From: Monocercomonoides exilis PA203
Lineage: Eukaryota > Protista > Preaxostyla
Assembly: GCA_001643675.2 (NCBI GenBank)
Contig: LSRY02000025.1
Span: 1,240,001 to 1,304,000, forward strand
Length of the DNA: 64,000 nucleotides
Direction of reading: 5' to 3'
How positions within the stretch are numbered: the stretch's first letter is position 1; each line of letters opens with the position of its first letter. Shown here one piece after another: positions 12,901-27,368 of this stretch. The notes beneath the pieces were generated by a model, which had not been told where the DNA came from, did not search any database, and saw only the letters and a list, made by a program, of their open reading frames with translations. The translations under genes were made by a program, and so were the position numbers.

Positions 12901-14647
12901 CTTGCACTGTCTGGTGAGCATCTCGACCCTTGCTGTTACACGTCAGTCCATCCACACAAGACAGAAGAGCAGAACAGGAGCAGCTTGTCTATTGACTGCC
13001 ATGAGAGCAAAGAATCAGAGGCAGAAGGAGAGCAGAAGGAGAAGAAAGAGATGCTGTATGGCCCATGCTTCAAATCCTCCACTGCCTGGATGGTTCCTCC
13101 TTTGGCTGTGCGCTCTCACTCGTCTGATGTGCGCACCCTCCCTTCCCATTTCATCAGATACACCTCATCTCGTTCTGTCCCTCGCCCGCTGAATCCAATT
13201 GGCAGCATCACAACTCTGCCACTACACATCCACTCGCTTTCATTTGACCCTCTTCTCTATTCGCTGAATGAGTTAGAAGAAATACTCTTCCTGCTGTTCA
13301 AAGAGCAGCCATTTATTGAGCTGATGAAGGAAGAGAGGAGGAAGAGGGAAGAGGAGAGGAGAGAGCACAGGGAAGCTGTTGAGAAGAACAGGAAAAAGAG
13401 AGAAGAGAGAAAGAGAGAAAGAGAAAGAATAGAGCAGATCTTAAGTGACGATTCACTGAAGCATCTGGAGTTGCGCGGTGGAACAGAGAAAAATGAGAAG
13501 GATATCACTTCAAAGATAGCATCAACTATTTCTTCTTCTTCTTCCTCATCTTCTTCTTCATCGTCAAGTTCAGGGGCATCGATGCAGAAAGGGCCAGAGA
13601 GTGACAGCTGTTCAGAGGCATTCTTTGACTTCCATCTGCGCCGGTTCATCCACAATGTGCGGTGCTGCTACTCTCCCTTCAATGCATATCACACCTTCCA
13701 CCATGCATTTGATGTTACCCAATGCTCTACCCTCTTCCTCTCCTCCCCTTCTGTCATCCAAATGCTCTCCTCCAACACTTCTGCTGCTCCTTCAACAACA
13801 ACTACATCTTCTTCTTCTTCTTCTTCTTCTTCTTCTTCTTCTTCTTCTTCTTCTTCTTCTAATTCTTCTTCAACATCACCCAGTCAGTCTACAAATGCTT
13901 CATCAACTGATGCTGCATCTGATGGAACTAACACCTCATCCGCATCAAGCGGGACTTCATCTTCTTCTTCGTCTACATCTTCATCTTCATCTTCTTCATC
14001 ATCAACACCCAACACCAACCAAAACACCAACCAAACATCACCCTCTTCCCATCGCCAAGGGACACTTCGCAGGCATTCCTCTTCATCCATCCGTGCCACT
14101 CAGCAGCTGTCTCCCTCTTTCCTTCTCTCTTCCTTCTCTCTCTTCCTCTCTGCCCTCTGCCACGACATCGACCATCCTGGGCTGAACAACACGTTTGTTG
14201 TCAACTCTGAGTGTGTGGCTGCTCTGCTCTTCAACGACTACTCTCCGCTGGAGTCTCTCTCTACTCTGCGTGGATGGCAGCTGATGAGCGAAGAGGGGAG
14301 CGATGTGATGCTGATGAGCGAGTCGCCTTCGACAGACAACACCCACATCAACAACACAAGTGATGAAGGCGACGAAGACACCAGCGATTGCACAGAGAGT
14401 GCTGAGCAGAAGACATTCACAGCATCTTCTCTGCTCTCTCTGTTTGGATTCCACCGCAGAGAAAAGAGGTGGGAGAGGCAGCAGATAAGGAAGAAGTTCA
14501 TCAACTGCATCATGGCTACTGATATGGAACATCACTTCTCTTATGTCCAGAAGCTGAATGCCCTCAAAAAGAAAGTGGTGAAAGACGACAAAGAAAGAAG
14601 CGACAAAAAGGAGTCGAAGAAGAACACACCTTCACAAACAGGGCAGC

Positions 14648-14678
<31 letters not shown>

Positions 14679-15393
14679 TCTTTCTCCATCTTCTGGATCG
14701 GCTCAGCCTTCTCCTTTATCAACATCTCCATCGACTGTGCCTGTCTCCTCCTCTTCTTCCTCTTCTTCTTCAAACACTTCGATCTCTTCCTCTTCCTCTT
14801 CTTCTCCTTCGTCGTTGCAGCCATCATCCACACTGTCATCTGGTGCCAACACGTCTTCCTCTCCCTCTCTCACTCCACTCTCATCTGCCACACAATACCA
14901 TCCTCTGGACGAGGCAGATGGCCTTCTTCTCCTGCAGCTCATCATCAAAGCATGTGACATCTCCAACCTCTGCCGCCCCTTCCCAATTGCTCTGAAGTGG
15001 TCTGAGCGGATGCTGCATGAGATGTTGGCACAGCGGCAGAGGGAGATGGAGGAAGGGTGTGTTGTGTCTGTCGTGGCTAAGACTCTTCCTGAAATGGAAT
15101 CTTCGTTCTCTGTCTTCTGCATTGAGCCTCTCTTTGCCCCGCTGGCCTCGCTCATTCCGTCCTCTTCCTCATTCCTGGCGCAGGTCAGGCGCAATCTGTC
15201 GTGGTGGCAGAGGGCAGGAGACAAAAGCTCCACCCTCGAGCAAATCATCAAGGGAGAGCACGACCAGACAGAACAGCAGGAAGACAGGATAACTGAGAAA
15301 ACATTCCAATCCCCTGGCATTGAAGAAGACCAGGACCAAAGGGGAAGTTCGATGCAGTGCTTCTATTCTTCACTTGTTGCTGAATATTCTTGA
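9940..15393 (+). CDS. Class I 3',5'-cyclic nucleotide phosphodiesterase with N-terminal receiver-like domain
   Basis: Introns 10106-10205, 10365-10436 and 10661-10707 join the small ORFs in frame. PDEase_I motifs NAYHTFHHAFDV, ALCHDIDHPGLNN, IMATDM, IIKACDISN. REC-like pattern LLLEND...CLIFNV...AITS...GATNYLFYP. Confidence 0.88.
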
Positions 15394-16094
15394 AATGGTT
15401 TTATCGTTTCTGAAGATTTTTATTATTCTTATTTTAAGGATCACTTTTGTAAATCCAATATGTTTGATTTTACGAGATAAAAATAAATCTCTCTTGTTTT
15501 AATGACCTCATTTCTAATTTTATTTTTAAATCATTGATAATTTTCAACTTATTAATTTTCAAATTTTTGAATTTTTTTTTTGAAAAAATAATTTTCCTCA
15601 AAAAACTCACAGTCAAAAGAAAAAGGGGGGATAGAGAGTGAAAAGGGGAGGGAGGAAGAAAAGAGACGATTTAGAATTGAATTGGTCTCGAGCTTGGAAG
15701 GAGGAGAAGAAAGGAAGCAAATGAAGATAGACGGAAAAATAGAATTGTTAAAGTCACGAAAAAATGGAAGATGGGGCAGCTTTGATTTGCTGCATGCAAT
15801 CGCAGAAGATGAAAAAGTGGCAGAAGAAGAGGGAAATGAAGCACAAAAAGAATAGCACGGATGGCTAACCACAGATTAATTCAAGAATCACTTCATCTAT
15901 TTCTTACGTTTAAACAGTTGAAACAAAATGAAAGAATTTTCGTATTAATTGAAGCATTTCGGTCGCGTTACGCAAAAAATATGTATATAATATAATATAA
16001 CCCCAAACGCAAATACTCACAAAATATCGAAATAATTTAGAAATATAAAGAAGAAAAAACTAAAGAACTTAAATTCGTTAAACAGGAAAAAAGA

Positions 16095-16165
16095 TGCATT
16101 AGCCGGGACTTGAACCCGGGTCGCTAGCTTGGAAGGCTAGCATGCTGCCCCTATACCACTAATGC
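16095..16165 (-). tRNA. tRNA-Gly (anticodon TCC)
   Basis: Reverse complement GCATTAG-TGGTATAGGGGCAGCAT-G-CTAGC CTTCCAA GCTAG-CGAC-CCGGG TTCAAGT CCCGG-CTAATGC-A folds as a 71-nt cloverleaf. Confidence 0.95.
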
Positions 16166-16779
16166 TTGTTAAAGATATGTTTCTCAATCTTTCTATAAAT
16201 TAATATCTTTAACATATTTTCAATTCTTTCCAAAAGTCTCTTTTTATCTTGTTTGTATATTTTTATTTTTTTTTTATTTGATGTTTCAATTTTTTTTGAT
16301 GACATTGAATTATCTTTCATTTTGAAGTTTTCAGAAAATGAATATGATAGCATTCTGAATCAATTCACTTTCATTAATTATCTATTTTCAATCTAACAAA
16401 CAAGAAAACATCAACAGAGTATTCTTCAAGAAAATGGTTTTTGTTTCATCAGCTTTTTTCGTTGAGTCTTTATTTCCAGTTTTCAGGGAAAATAAAAAAA
16501 TTTTTTTGTTTTTATTCAAAAAAAGAGTTCAGAAAATTTGTTTGGTTTGTTTTTCTTATTCTATTCGCTTTCCATTATCCGATATTGAAAACATGTTTTT
16601 CAATTTCGAAAATCTTTCAATGAAATTCATTAATAATTGTTCAAAACACAAGGAGCATTAGCGATATGAATTGGTTTGAAACAAATCCAAAAATGTTGCT
16701 ATCCGATTTGAAATACTTTATTTTGAATTCGAGAAAATCAATGACAATCATTATTATTTTGCTTCTTTTGAAAACATAT

Positions 16780-17033
16780 GGGTGATAATTTTTGATTTCA
16801 TATTTTATCTTTCAAAAATTTCGATTCGAAAATTTCCTTTGAATATCAACAAAAGAACATTAAAAAATGAAAAGGATTTTAAAAGATATCTTCATCATTT
16901 TTGAATACAAATGCGTTTACTCAAATACAGTTGTGATAAAATTTGCATTTGAATACAAAATCTCTTTCCAATCCTAAACAACCTTTGAAATTTTTGCACC
17001 CGAAAAAAAATATGATATAAAAAATAATCACAC
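16780..17033. mobile_element. ~255-bp MITE, copy A
   Basis: TIR GGGTGATAATTTTTGA..CATA / TATGATATAAAAAATAATCACAC, flanked by ATAT on both sides. Internally homologous (inverted) to 27541-27796. Confidence 0.7.
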
Positions 17034-17113
17034 ATATTCATTTCCAAAAACAACAAATGCATTCATTTCTCAATTAGCAAATGAACTCTTCTGAATAATA
17101 TGTTTTCTGATAT

Positions 17114-17625
17114 TGGTGATTATTTTTGAAATCATATTTTTTCTTTAAATAATTTTGGTATGATAATTTTCAATAAACATTCAAAAAATGAACTCCGAAT
17201 AGTTGGGTGATTATTTTTGAAATCTTATATTTTTTCGGGGTATGTGTTACTTTCTAATTTACAGTTATTTGCAAAAGAATTCTCAAAAAAGAATTTCATA
17301 CTTTAAAATTATTGTCTTTCAAATGCGTGTTGTCATTGAAAGACAGAGTTCATTTAAGATTTTTATTTAAATATTAGATCGATTTCAAAGTATTTGCGAC
17401 AAATTGTGAATTCGAATGTTTTGATAAGAAAAATGTGAAGTCAAAAAGAATCACCCAGTTGTAATATTTTCAAAAGTCATTTGTGTCTTTCTTTCATCTC
17501 TTTCATTGGCTTTTATAATTATTGGAATGCATATAACATTTGAAAGAAAAAATTCTTTCCAAATACAAAAAATATTTCTTTAATCAACACCTCGATAAAA
17601 GTGATAATCTCATGCGTAATCACCA
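17114..17625. mobile_element. MITE copy D (older), interrupted by nested copy C
   Basis: Ends TGGTGATTATTTTTGAAATCATA / TAATCACCA; flanks ATAT/CTAT. Its 512 bp minus the nested 252-bp copy and 4-bp TSD gives 256 bp, the family length. Confidence 0.55.
17205..17456. mobile_element. MITE copy C with 4-bp TSD AGTT
   Basis: AGTT|GGGTGATTATTTTTGAAATC ... TCAAAAAGAATCACCC|AGTT. Confidence 0.75.
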
Positions 17626-17666
17626 CTATGTCAAAATTTTTTGAGAAGTTCATTTAACTTAGCTTC

Positions 17667-17830
17667 CAGGTTTAATTAAAAACTTATATTTTTATAAAAT
17701 TTTTGTTCCCACACATGAAATTTCAATGGAGAAGAAATAATAACATTGCTAATGACATGTTTCCATTCAAGTGAAGTTTCGCGAGTGGGAACAAAAATTT
17801 GATCAAAATATGAGATTTTTGTAAAAACCA
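17667..17830. repeat. Imperfect foldback inverted repeat
   Basis: AAATTTTTGTTCCCAC (17697-17712) is the exact reverse complement of GTGGGAACAAAAATTT (17785-17800); weaker pairing extends on both sides. Confidence 0.65.
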
Positions 17831-17933
17831 GATGATTTTTCAAAATGAACTATTCAATGAAAACTTTGATATTTCAAACATTCCGACTGACATCAATGTC
17901 AACTCAGTTTATGGGCATTCCATTTCTTCGTAT

Positions 17934-17934
<1 letters not shown>

Positions 17935-18010
<76 letters not shown>
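17935..18010. repeat. (TAA)n microsatellite, ~25 units
   Basis: Direct reading. Confidence 0.98.
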
Positions 18011-18011
<1 letters not shown>

Positions 18012-18732
18012 GATGAATTGTGAAATAAAAAATAATTTCAAAATTATTGGGTTATTTCAAAATTACCCAATAATTTTGAAATTGTCTATGGAAATTTTGA
18101 AATTTTTGGGGAATTTTGCAATAACTCAGGTGGACAAAATTTTTTCTCTGAAAAAATATATTATGCAAATTCGTGAAGTTATTCTAATCATATTTTAAAA
18201 AAAATGTTCTGTTGTTTTTTTATTGTTATTAATTATAGAAGAAATTTTCAACAAAATTATTTAGTATGAGTTAATGAATATTCGAAATAAGCTTTTGAAT
18301 TCTATTTTGTTCTTTTCAAATACATTATAATGACAGTTTGAAAGTTTTCATTGAATTTTTTTTCATATGAATGATAAAGGTCAAAAATTTTTAAAAAAGT
18401 CTCAAAGGATCTAAATATTTGTTGATTGGAGAAAGTAATGAAACGCTCCGTTGCAATTATTAATCATCAATATTCAATAATTCACAAATGAGAAAGAATA
18501 TCTTGAAAAACTTCAGGATCCAAAAAAAAATGACTCTTGAAAGAAAAATTTGATGTTATTTTTTGATCAATTAGAATATTTGTTTTCTGGTGACATAAGA
18601 TTCGTTGCATTTTATCACGAAAGTTTCTGAACAAGATATATGAGGGACAATGTGTTTCACAAGTTATCACGGTGAAAAATTTTTCAGATTTGAAAAAAAA
18701 CTTATGCATTCATTTTAACTGTTTATCTTGGT

Positions 18733-19850
18733 TTGAGCAATTCAAATGAAAAATACTTATCTCAAGGTGAGAGAGAATTGAATAATATTCAAATTCAAGG
18801 AAAAATAAAATGGATGCAACAGAAAGTTCGTCATTTTCATTATGGAAATGGAATGGTTGCGCATCGCAACATGAAGGTGCACGTTATTTCCAAGGCTGTG
18901 AAAAAACCGTTCTTTATATTGAAAATTCGTCTTTTGCTAAATGTAATGCTTCTTCTACAGGATGTGGAGGAATAGATGCATTGAAGATAGCAGAATGTAT
19001 TTTGCTCCATACCACATTTGTTCAACGTTCAGCGAAAGGAACCAATGGACTTGGAGGTGCAGGAATTTCATCAGAATATGTTGATGTACAGACAATGGTT
19101 GATGATTGCTCCTTTCAAAATTACTCTTCAGGCAACGACGGAGGGGCAATTGATCTGCGTGCAAAGAGAACCGAGAGGCAGAAGAAATGTGTTATTAATT
19201 CGTTTATTTTTCAACTGCAGTGTTCTTAACTCTTCAGGTTCTGGAGGTGGTTAAAATGAGCATAGGCTTTCAATGGACAATGTATTAATAAATAACTGCC
19301 TATTCTGCAATTGCTTTTCGATGACAGCAGGAGGTGCTGATTGCTCACAAATCAATGCAGTGAATAAAGGAATTTAATTTTTCTACTGTTTTTTCCGCAA
19401 TAACACTTGTGTGAAAGGTGGACATGGCATTCTTCTCAAGACTTTACGCTAAACAACATTCATCCAAACTGTTGTTCAAACAGATAAATAGGAAACAGAG
19501 TTAGTGCAAACTCGGGTTCAAACATTGACAAAAGTGAATGGCTTAATGATGCTGGAGGAAGAACCAGATTTGTTTTTTCAACTGCTGCTCAACCAAATTC
19601 CAAAGGTGCTTTTTCATGTGGGATCAATGAAAGCTATCCGTGTAATTCTATCAGCCGTTGTATAAATCAACTTTTTCCACGTTATGCAAATGAAGTTCAC
19701 ATATTTACAGGAACAATAACAGAAATAAGAAGTGTAGACTTCGATGACAATACTTATGTGATATATGGACAAAGTGGTATGAGCGCAACTGTCCAGGTTA
19801 AAATTGAAGCAGCTAATGTTTTTCTCATTTCAGTTTCAACAGGAACTTGC
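18733..19850 (+). pseudogene. Frameshifted ectodomain fragment of the receptor-pseudokinase family
   Basis: Colinear with ~31700-32790 (IENSSFAKCNAS, SSGNDGGAIDL, FRNNTCVKGGH, CGINESYPC), with stops and frameshifts; truncated at both ends. Confidence 0.88.
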
Positions 19851-21756
19851 TCTTGTGAATTGCTCAGAAAATGTGAATATTAATGACTTAAGAATATTCT
19901 AAAAAAATGGAACTTATAATGTTGGAACATGATACTACACAACTCTTTTCTCACTAAGTCTACAGTTTTCTGCGAACCCTCCATGAAAGTTCCATTAGCT
20001 ACAGCTCCGTTATCATCTGCTCATGTTCTCCAGTTAAACGCCAACAATGTGCGATTTGTTGCAGATTGAATCACTTCGGATAACGACCATTTTTATAATT
20101 TCACATCATCTGGGCTTGCTTTCTCTAGCATTTGTCTTAACTTCCATTTCTATTCCATAGCTGTTGATACCATCTCTTCTCCTGATCTCTTTTGGGGAAA
20201 ACTGAATGTTTAATCAAATTTCAGTCAATCCGACAGAAAATCAATTTTCAAACATTTTTCGTCGTCATCATCTTTTCTTCTTCTTCTTCTTCTTCCTCAT
20301 TTATTATTCTTTTTCTTCAACATTTCCTGCCTTTTTGAAGGAAATCAAATGAAAGAAAACAATGCTTTCTCAAGATTCGAGATATATTTATTACATTCGA
20401 ACAATTTTTTGAATGAAAATGATTGCGATAAGAAACAGGAGATTAAAGAAAAAGAATAAGGAAAAGAAGAATGCAACTATGAAGATTACAACACTGATGA
20501 AAATTTTTGATGAGAAATCAAATGATCAATCACATCAAATAATGGCTCAAAGGACCGCAACATTTTGTTGATCACCAATTCTTTGTTCTTTAGGAGATCT
20601 AAACGATGTTCTGAAGAAGCAGATACTGATGAATCTTGGCAAAATATAATTCCTTCTCCATCTTCAATATCATCGTCTCGTGAAACTTCATCACTCACTG
20701 TCCATCCCACAGCAGCATCTCAAAACATTTCGACATTTCTTCCTCATTCCTCTTCAGCTGCAGCCTCAGCAGTACCACCAGTAGCCGCACCATTTGCAAC
20801 AGCGCCATCTGCCCTTCTTTCTTTGAGATATCCTTCTGTGCAGTCTCCTTTCACCACCTCAGCCCAACCAATGCTCTCATCCATTTTCACGCAGATGCAA
20901 CAGAAAGCACACTCACAGTGCGATGCAGTTCCTGTTCACATTCTTCGTAATCACTCTGAATTCATTCAAAGTTAGAAGAACTCTCCAGTAAGTTGTATTA
21001 CACAAATTCGGTTTCCTAAGACACAACAAGAAGAAGTCGTTATATTTGAACGCTTCCAGCACCGAAGCAAATGAAGGCGGACTGCACACAGACAACATGT
21101 GTGCATCTCGGAAGGAACAAAGCAACAGCGCCTGTGAAATCTGTGGATTGCACATTCGCAGAAGAGATTCCTTTTGAACAGACGTGATCTTTCCACAAGC
21201 TTCTCCTGGCAACGAACACGAAGAAGAAATCACATCGAAACAAAACATGAAATCATGCAGAGCATTAATCACATCCTTCAGCTACGCTGCTTCTGTCTGG
21301 TTGTCGTTCAAGAAAAATTCGAGAATGCAGATGACTCTGTCCTCACCTTCTCCAACTTCAACCATTTTAACACATCAGAAAACATCTTGATTTTCTTCTC
21401 CAACGAATCTTCAACAGCACGATGTTGAAAAACAATAAAAATAATTGCTCATCTCTTGTGAACTTCTTACACGTGAACCTCCCGGATAGCCACACATCAT
21501 CAAAAAACTTCCGGAATTTTTTTTCCCTGTGGATCTTCTCCCATCATTCAGCCTCACCCTTCTTCTGCTCTGCATGCTTCTTTCCCAGCCACTGAACAAC
21601 AGTCGCCTTCCATGCCTCTTTCTATTCCACTGTTGGAGTTGCAGCAAGCATTCAGTTCTTCTGCTTTCTCTTCGCATCGTGGTGTGGCGAAAGCTGAATC
21701 ACATTCAGCTAACTTGCATCTATTTATTTTCTGCCTTTTCACACTTCTCTCCCCTT

Positions 21757-21789
21757 TCCTCTTCTTCCTCTTCTTCCTCTTCTTCCTCT

Positions 21790-21824
<35 letters not shown>

Positions 21825-21828
21825 TTCT

Positions 21829-21860
<32 letters not shown>

Positions 21861-21873
21861 TTCTACCTCTTCT

Positions 21874-21905
<32 letters not shown>

Positions 21906-21950
21906 TTCTTCCTCTTCTTCCTCTTCTTCCTCCTCCTTTTCTTCCTCCTC
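21757..21950. repeat. (TCTTCC/TCCTCTTCT)n pyrimidine microsatellite
   Basis: Direct reading; produces spurious poly-S, poly-E and poly-F ORFs. Confidence 0.9.
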
Positions 21951-24205
21951 TTTCTTTTCTTTTTCATCTTCCTCTTTATCCTCTTCGTTTTCTTTTTTTT
22001 TTTTTCTTCTTCTTCTTCTTCGTTTTCTTCGGCTCCTATTCTGTTCATCCATCTCCTCTTTGTTCTGTACCACTCTCTCGCCCCTTTCTTATTTGTCCCG
22101 CATTCTCTACCTCCAACAATGCCCTCCCCCTCCACACACCTTCTCCTCCAGCTCATTTCCCCCCAACAAGCCGCTCCACCTTCACTTCATGCGACGCTTT
22201 TATTTACAACTGCTGCTGCTTCTATCTTGCAAGAATCATTTGCTCATTCACAATCACCTCATTGAACAGCGCCTTCTTCTCAATTATCATCCGCTCATAC
22301 ACTTTCGATAGCTCCCTTAGCATCTTCATTTCCTTCTCCTTCTCGTTTATCTTCTTCCGCAAAGTTGTATTCACTCCTCCTTCACAACAACCACCAGAAT
22401 CATCAATGCTTCCACAATTGACTCCAGCGTCGTTCTTCTCCGATCATTCTCTGATCCCAGGATTTGCTCCCCTCCTTTTATCTTCTCCTCCACAGCAGTT
22501 TCCTTCTCCGGCAAAGCTCACCCAACACCCAACTTCACAACAACTCCTATTCCACTTGTGTGTGCCACAAGGACCACAGCACTTCCATATTTGATAATTA
22601 CTGCAATTTTCTCCTGGTTCTTTTCACACGGCCCCAACTGCAGAATCAACAAAGCCAAAGATAAAACCATCCCGCACTATGCAGAGGACAGTGAAAAAAG
22701 CATGTCAGCATGCATCGCCAAACAATTAGTATCTGTTTGCTAACCACACTCACCACTCCTCCTTGTTGAGCTCTATGTTCTTCTTCATCTCCACCAGCTG
22801 CTCCATCAGCTCCTTCACCTTTGCATTGTGTTTCTCCCTCAGCTCCAGAATCTTCCTTGCCAGTTTCACCACTATCTCCTCAATCTTCCACACTTCATTC
22901 TCGACAACTCCTCATCTTATCACTTCGTCATCTGTCTTCACAGTCACACTCCTCGACTGAGCAGATCGGAACACCAGTTGAGCTGTGGAAGGTTGTAACT
23001 TAGAAGGATAAAACAGAATGCAGATCAAATGGAACGCGTTCACGCAGTTCGAAACTTAGATCCACTTTCTCCTAAACAACTAACACACCAACGTTGCAAG
23101 AAGAAGATGCAGATTCACCAGCGAAACTGAAATTGTCGCCGAAAGCACCACAGCATATCCATTCAGTGTCTGCATCACACGTGGTGACAGCCGCATGGAC
23201 TGATCAAACACCCCAGTCATTTTCTTTTCTTCGCTTCTTTGCCTTCGGAATGGAAAGGCTGATCTGTATGCAGCATGAGCAAAAAAGATGTGAAAGACAT
23301 TTCAGAATCTTTTCATATTGCAAAATATGAAATTTCAAATAATGTCAAGTTATATTTTGGAGGATTCGTAACGTGATGGATAAAGTTGATATCAATAAAA
23401 CCATAAGGCAAAATGTTTGTATGCTCGTTCTCCATGGAAAAATTGTTAAACAAAACTGCGTATTGTTGGATTTTATATCTAGTCTGTGAAAAGCTCCAAA
23501 TCCTGTATCTTGTGTCTAATTACTGATAGAGCGGTTCAAAAATTAGTTGTATTTCCTTTTTTATCAACATTTTGTTCAATAAGACTTTGAACAAATATTC
23601 ACATTCAACTCAGATTATTCAAACGACTATATGATCCACGCACAGTAATTCGATTGCTACGTGAAGAGATATAACAGTAGAAGAAATCCATTAATTCAAA
23701 AACAAATAAAAAATCAGTATATCGCTTGTGAATATTTGATTCTTTTTTTCTTTATCCAGCGGTAAATCATTTCCATGGATATGATCTGTTCATTTTCGGA
23801 TCATATTTGTTGTGGTTTAATGGAAACAAACTTTATGAATCGGATGACAACGCCGCTTTTTTTCCTTTCAATCATCGGTTTTTGTCAATTTTTTCTTCAT
23901 TAAAAGACATAGAATGTCATTTGTTTCATTGAAGGCACTGCTTCGATTTATTAATGATTGCTTTCAATGATTGCATTCATGGTTTCACAGGCAATGCAAG
24001 TCACAAAATATTTTCTAATATTTATTCACTACTGAAATCAATATTTCAAAAAAAGAAAGATTGAAAGAAAAGATAGAAAAGTGAATAAAACCAACTGTTT
24101 CTTCAAACATTTATTTCAACATTCATCATTTACATAATATCTTAAATGTATCTAAAGTCATGGATGAATGAACAAGTTTCATGATTTATTCCCATTAATT
24201 TCATT

Positions 24206-26594
24206 ATGTCAAACAGAAACAACATGACAGCTCTTCCCTCATCTTTGTTTGGAACAATATTCTTTGGGTTGCCGGAACAAAGCAACGAAATAAGTAATTT
24301 GAGGTTTGTTGAAAGTCATTCCATTGGAAATTTTTTGAAGAATTATTTGCAGACAAACTCTTCCCCAAAATAAAACTGTAAGTCATGAAGACTGCTCAAC
24401 AAGTGATATCGAAGCAACAGTGATGCAAAACACTTCAATAGACAAAGATCAATCAGATTCAAACTCACTTTCTGACTACACTCCTTCAAAACGTAAAATC
24501 GGTTCGGTTTGCTTCAACAGAAGAGAATCAGAAGAGCGAGATCAATATTCCTCTTCTGACAATTCTGACAATTCTCCAACTGAATTATCGAAGGCGGCAA
24601 AATCTGAGAAGAGGGGCAAGCCTGAACAGTTGAACGCTTCAAGCAATGAAACAAAACCTAAGAAGAAAAAAGGAAAAATTGCTTCAAAAAGAAATAAATT
24701 ACCAGATTTCAACTCATTGAAAGAGAGAAGAGATTTACAACTTGAAGAAATAAATCAAATGGAAATTCACACCGAAAAAAATGAGGATGATAATGAAACC
24801 TACGGAGTTCTTTTTGATTCTCTATTGAATAACCCAGATGATGAACATCTTCGGCTAACAATTGACTTTCTTATTGAATTAGGCAACTTAGTTCAATCAG
24901 AAATAAGCGCAATTCCAAAACAGGGTCCAAAGAAAAGATTGACAACACATGACGAAATTGTTGTTTATTTGGAATGGCTTTCAAGCAAAACAACGTTAAA
25001 AAGAATTGCCTTTTCTCTTGGAATTTCAGAATCAATGGCTTGCAATTCGATCAAGAATATAAGACCTTTTTTATTAAATGCACTGGAAAAGATGTTCATC
25101 AATCCTCCAAGACCTCAATTGCCTTTGAATGAAGATTATCCACAAGTTGCTCTTTTGGTTGATGCGACAACCATCAAAGTTTCTACTCCTCCAATTCCAT
25201 TTGAAGATTCAAAGCTGCTATACGATGGACACCATCAAGTTTACAGCATGAAATTTGAAGTTGCTGTTTCCGCATGGTATCCACATAAAGCTTTATTTGT
25301 GTCAAATGCTGTAATGGGAGGTGTTCATGATGTGGCTTTGTTTCGTGAAGGAAAAGAAAGATATGTCCAATATTTGAAGATGACGGACAAAGAAAAAGAA
25401 AAATATTACTGTACTCTTCACACAGACAGATGGGCAATTGTTGCAGACAAAGGCTATCAGGGTCATTTCACGGATATCGATGTCATAACACCAATTAAAA
25501 AACACTCAACGAACAGCAAATTATCTTCATGTCAAAGAAAATTATGTTTGACACCTTCAACATTCATTTCATGTTCATCTCCCAATTCTTTTCCATGCAA
25601 CTCATCGTTAAGCTCATCTTCTCCATCCACATCTTCTTCTTCCTCTCCTTCTTTGGCTTCGTCATTTTCATTAGAAACTTCTTCTTCCTCTTGCTCTCCT
25701 TCTCCTTCTTCAACTATCTCTGATGATATTTCATCTTCAACTTCATTTGAATCTGCGGAGATTATTTATTCATCAGATTCTTCGTTCAACTCTTTGAATT
25801 CTGAAATTTCCACATCGTCTGCTGCTGTCTCATGTTCAGTGTCAGAAATGCCTCAATCTTTTTCTTCATCTTCCAAATCAAATTCATCGTCTGCATTCTT
25901 GCCTCTCTCGAAATCAAGTTTCACAAATCAAAATCAATCTCCTTCTTCTTCTTCACTTTTTTCTCCTTCATCTTCAGTTCATCTCGCTTCGTTAACAAGT
26001 TCAATTCCTCAATCCCCTTCATCAATTCTCAATTCTTCTTTTTCTTTGGCTTTTTCACCTGTTCCGAACACATGTTCACAGAATTCCACGGACACGTCTT
26101 TTATAACTTCAAGCTCAAACAACGATACAATTCATCCCTGCGCATCACACCCTCCTCTTCCTTCTTCAAATGCAAGTAATTCAATGACTTCTTCCACTTG
26201 CAACAAAAGTCAATCTCAAGGCAGAATGGAAAAGTCAATCGAAAATTTCAATAAAAGTCTAGCAAAGTTCAGAATCCCAGTGGAATGGTTTTTTGGCCGA
26301 CTTAAAAAGTTATGGCTCAGATTGTCGGATAAGTATACAGGTGGAAAACAGAATATTGATGCAGATGCAAAAATAGCATGTTGGCTAACCAACATCGTTA
26401 TTGACAGTAATTCTTTGGAACCAGCTGATGGAGTGTTCTATCGAAAAGTGACAGAATACTCCATCAGAAAAGAGATGGAAAAAAAATTGATAAAGGAGAT
26501 CAACTCAAAAGCCAGTTCAGAAAGAAAATTGATAAGAAAAATGTCAAATTCTTTAATCACTGACAGTTTTCCAATGCCTAGAAATACTATTTAA
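24206..26594 (+). CDS. Harbinger/IS5-like DDE_Tnp_4 transposase
   Basis: HTH region (LKRIAFSLGISESMAC). LLVDAT (D), YDGHHQVYSMK, GGVHD, ADKGYQG (D), RIPVEWFFGRLK (E). Probable first exon from ATG 24206 with intron 24304-24352. About 250 aa of Ser-rich sequence precede the catalytic E. Confidence 0.9.
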
Positions 26595-27107
26595 TTATCT
26601 CAATTGTTTCTTTTTCTGAAAATTTTCATTGAATGCTTTTTTAACATGTCATCTGAATTCATGAGAAGTAATGTCAGGTTTTCTTTGTTATCATTAAATA
26701 CACTCAAATTAAACATTTTCATCACATGTTTGTGACTTGTTACTTCCTGTTTTTCCAAACTCTTCCAAGAAAATTTTTCGAACTTTTTTTTGGCAACGAA
26801 ACAAAATTTTTCCATCCACAAATTGTTGAATATAATCAATAATAAATGTTTCTTTTAATTGAATTAATAAAACACTTATTATTTTTACATCCTTTCAGTT
26901 ATATTAAAAAGGGGAAAAAATTGAGAAAAATTTGAGATTTTCCCACAATTTTTTTAACTTGAAATTTGTTGGTGGAACTTAAAATAACTGCCTTATTTTC
27001 AATTCTTCCGAAAAATTTCAAAATTACTCGATTATTTCAAAATAACATATACGAATTTCAAATTTTTTCAAAAATTTCATAATTACACAAAAATTGTGCA
27101 ATTCATC

Positions 27108-27368
<261 letters not shown>

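Noticed and set aside
21529-22311. Poly-S, poly-F, poly-E and poly-K ORFs (also 47001-47614 and 52585-53202)
   Set aside because: Stop-free simple repeats open several frames at once; no domain evidence.
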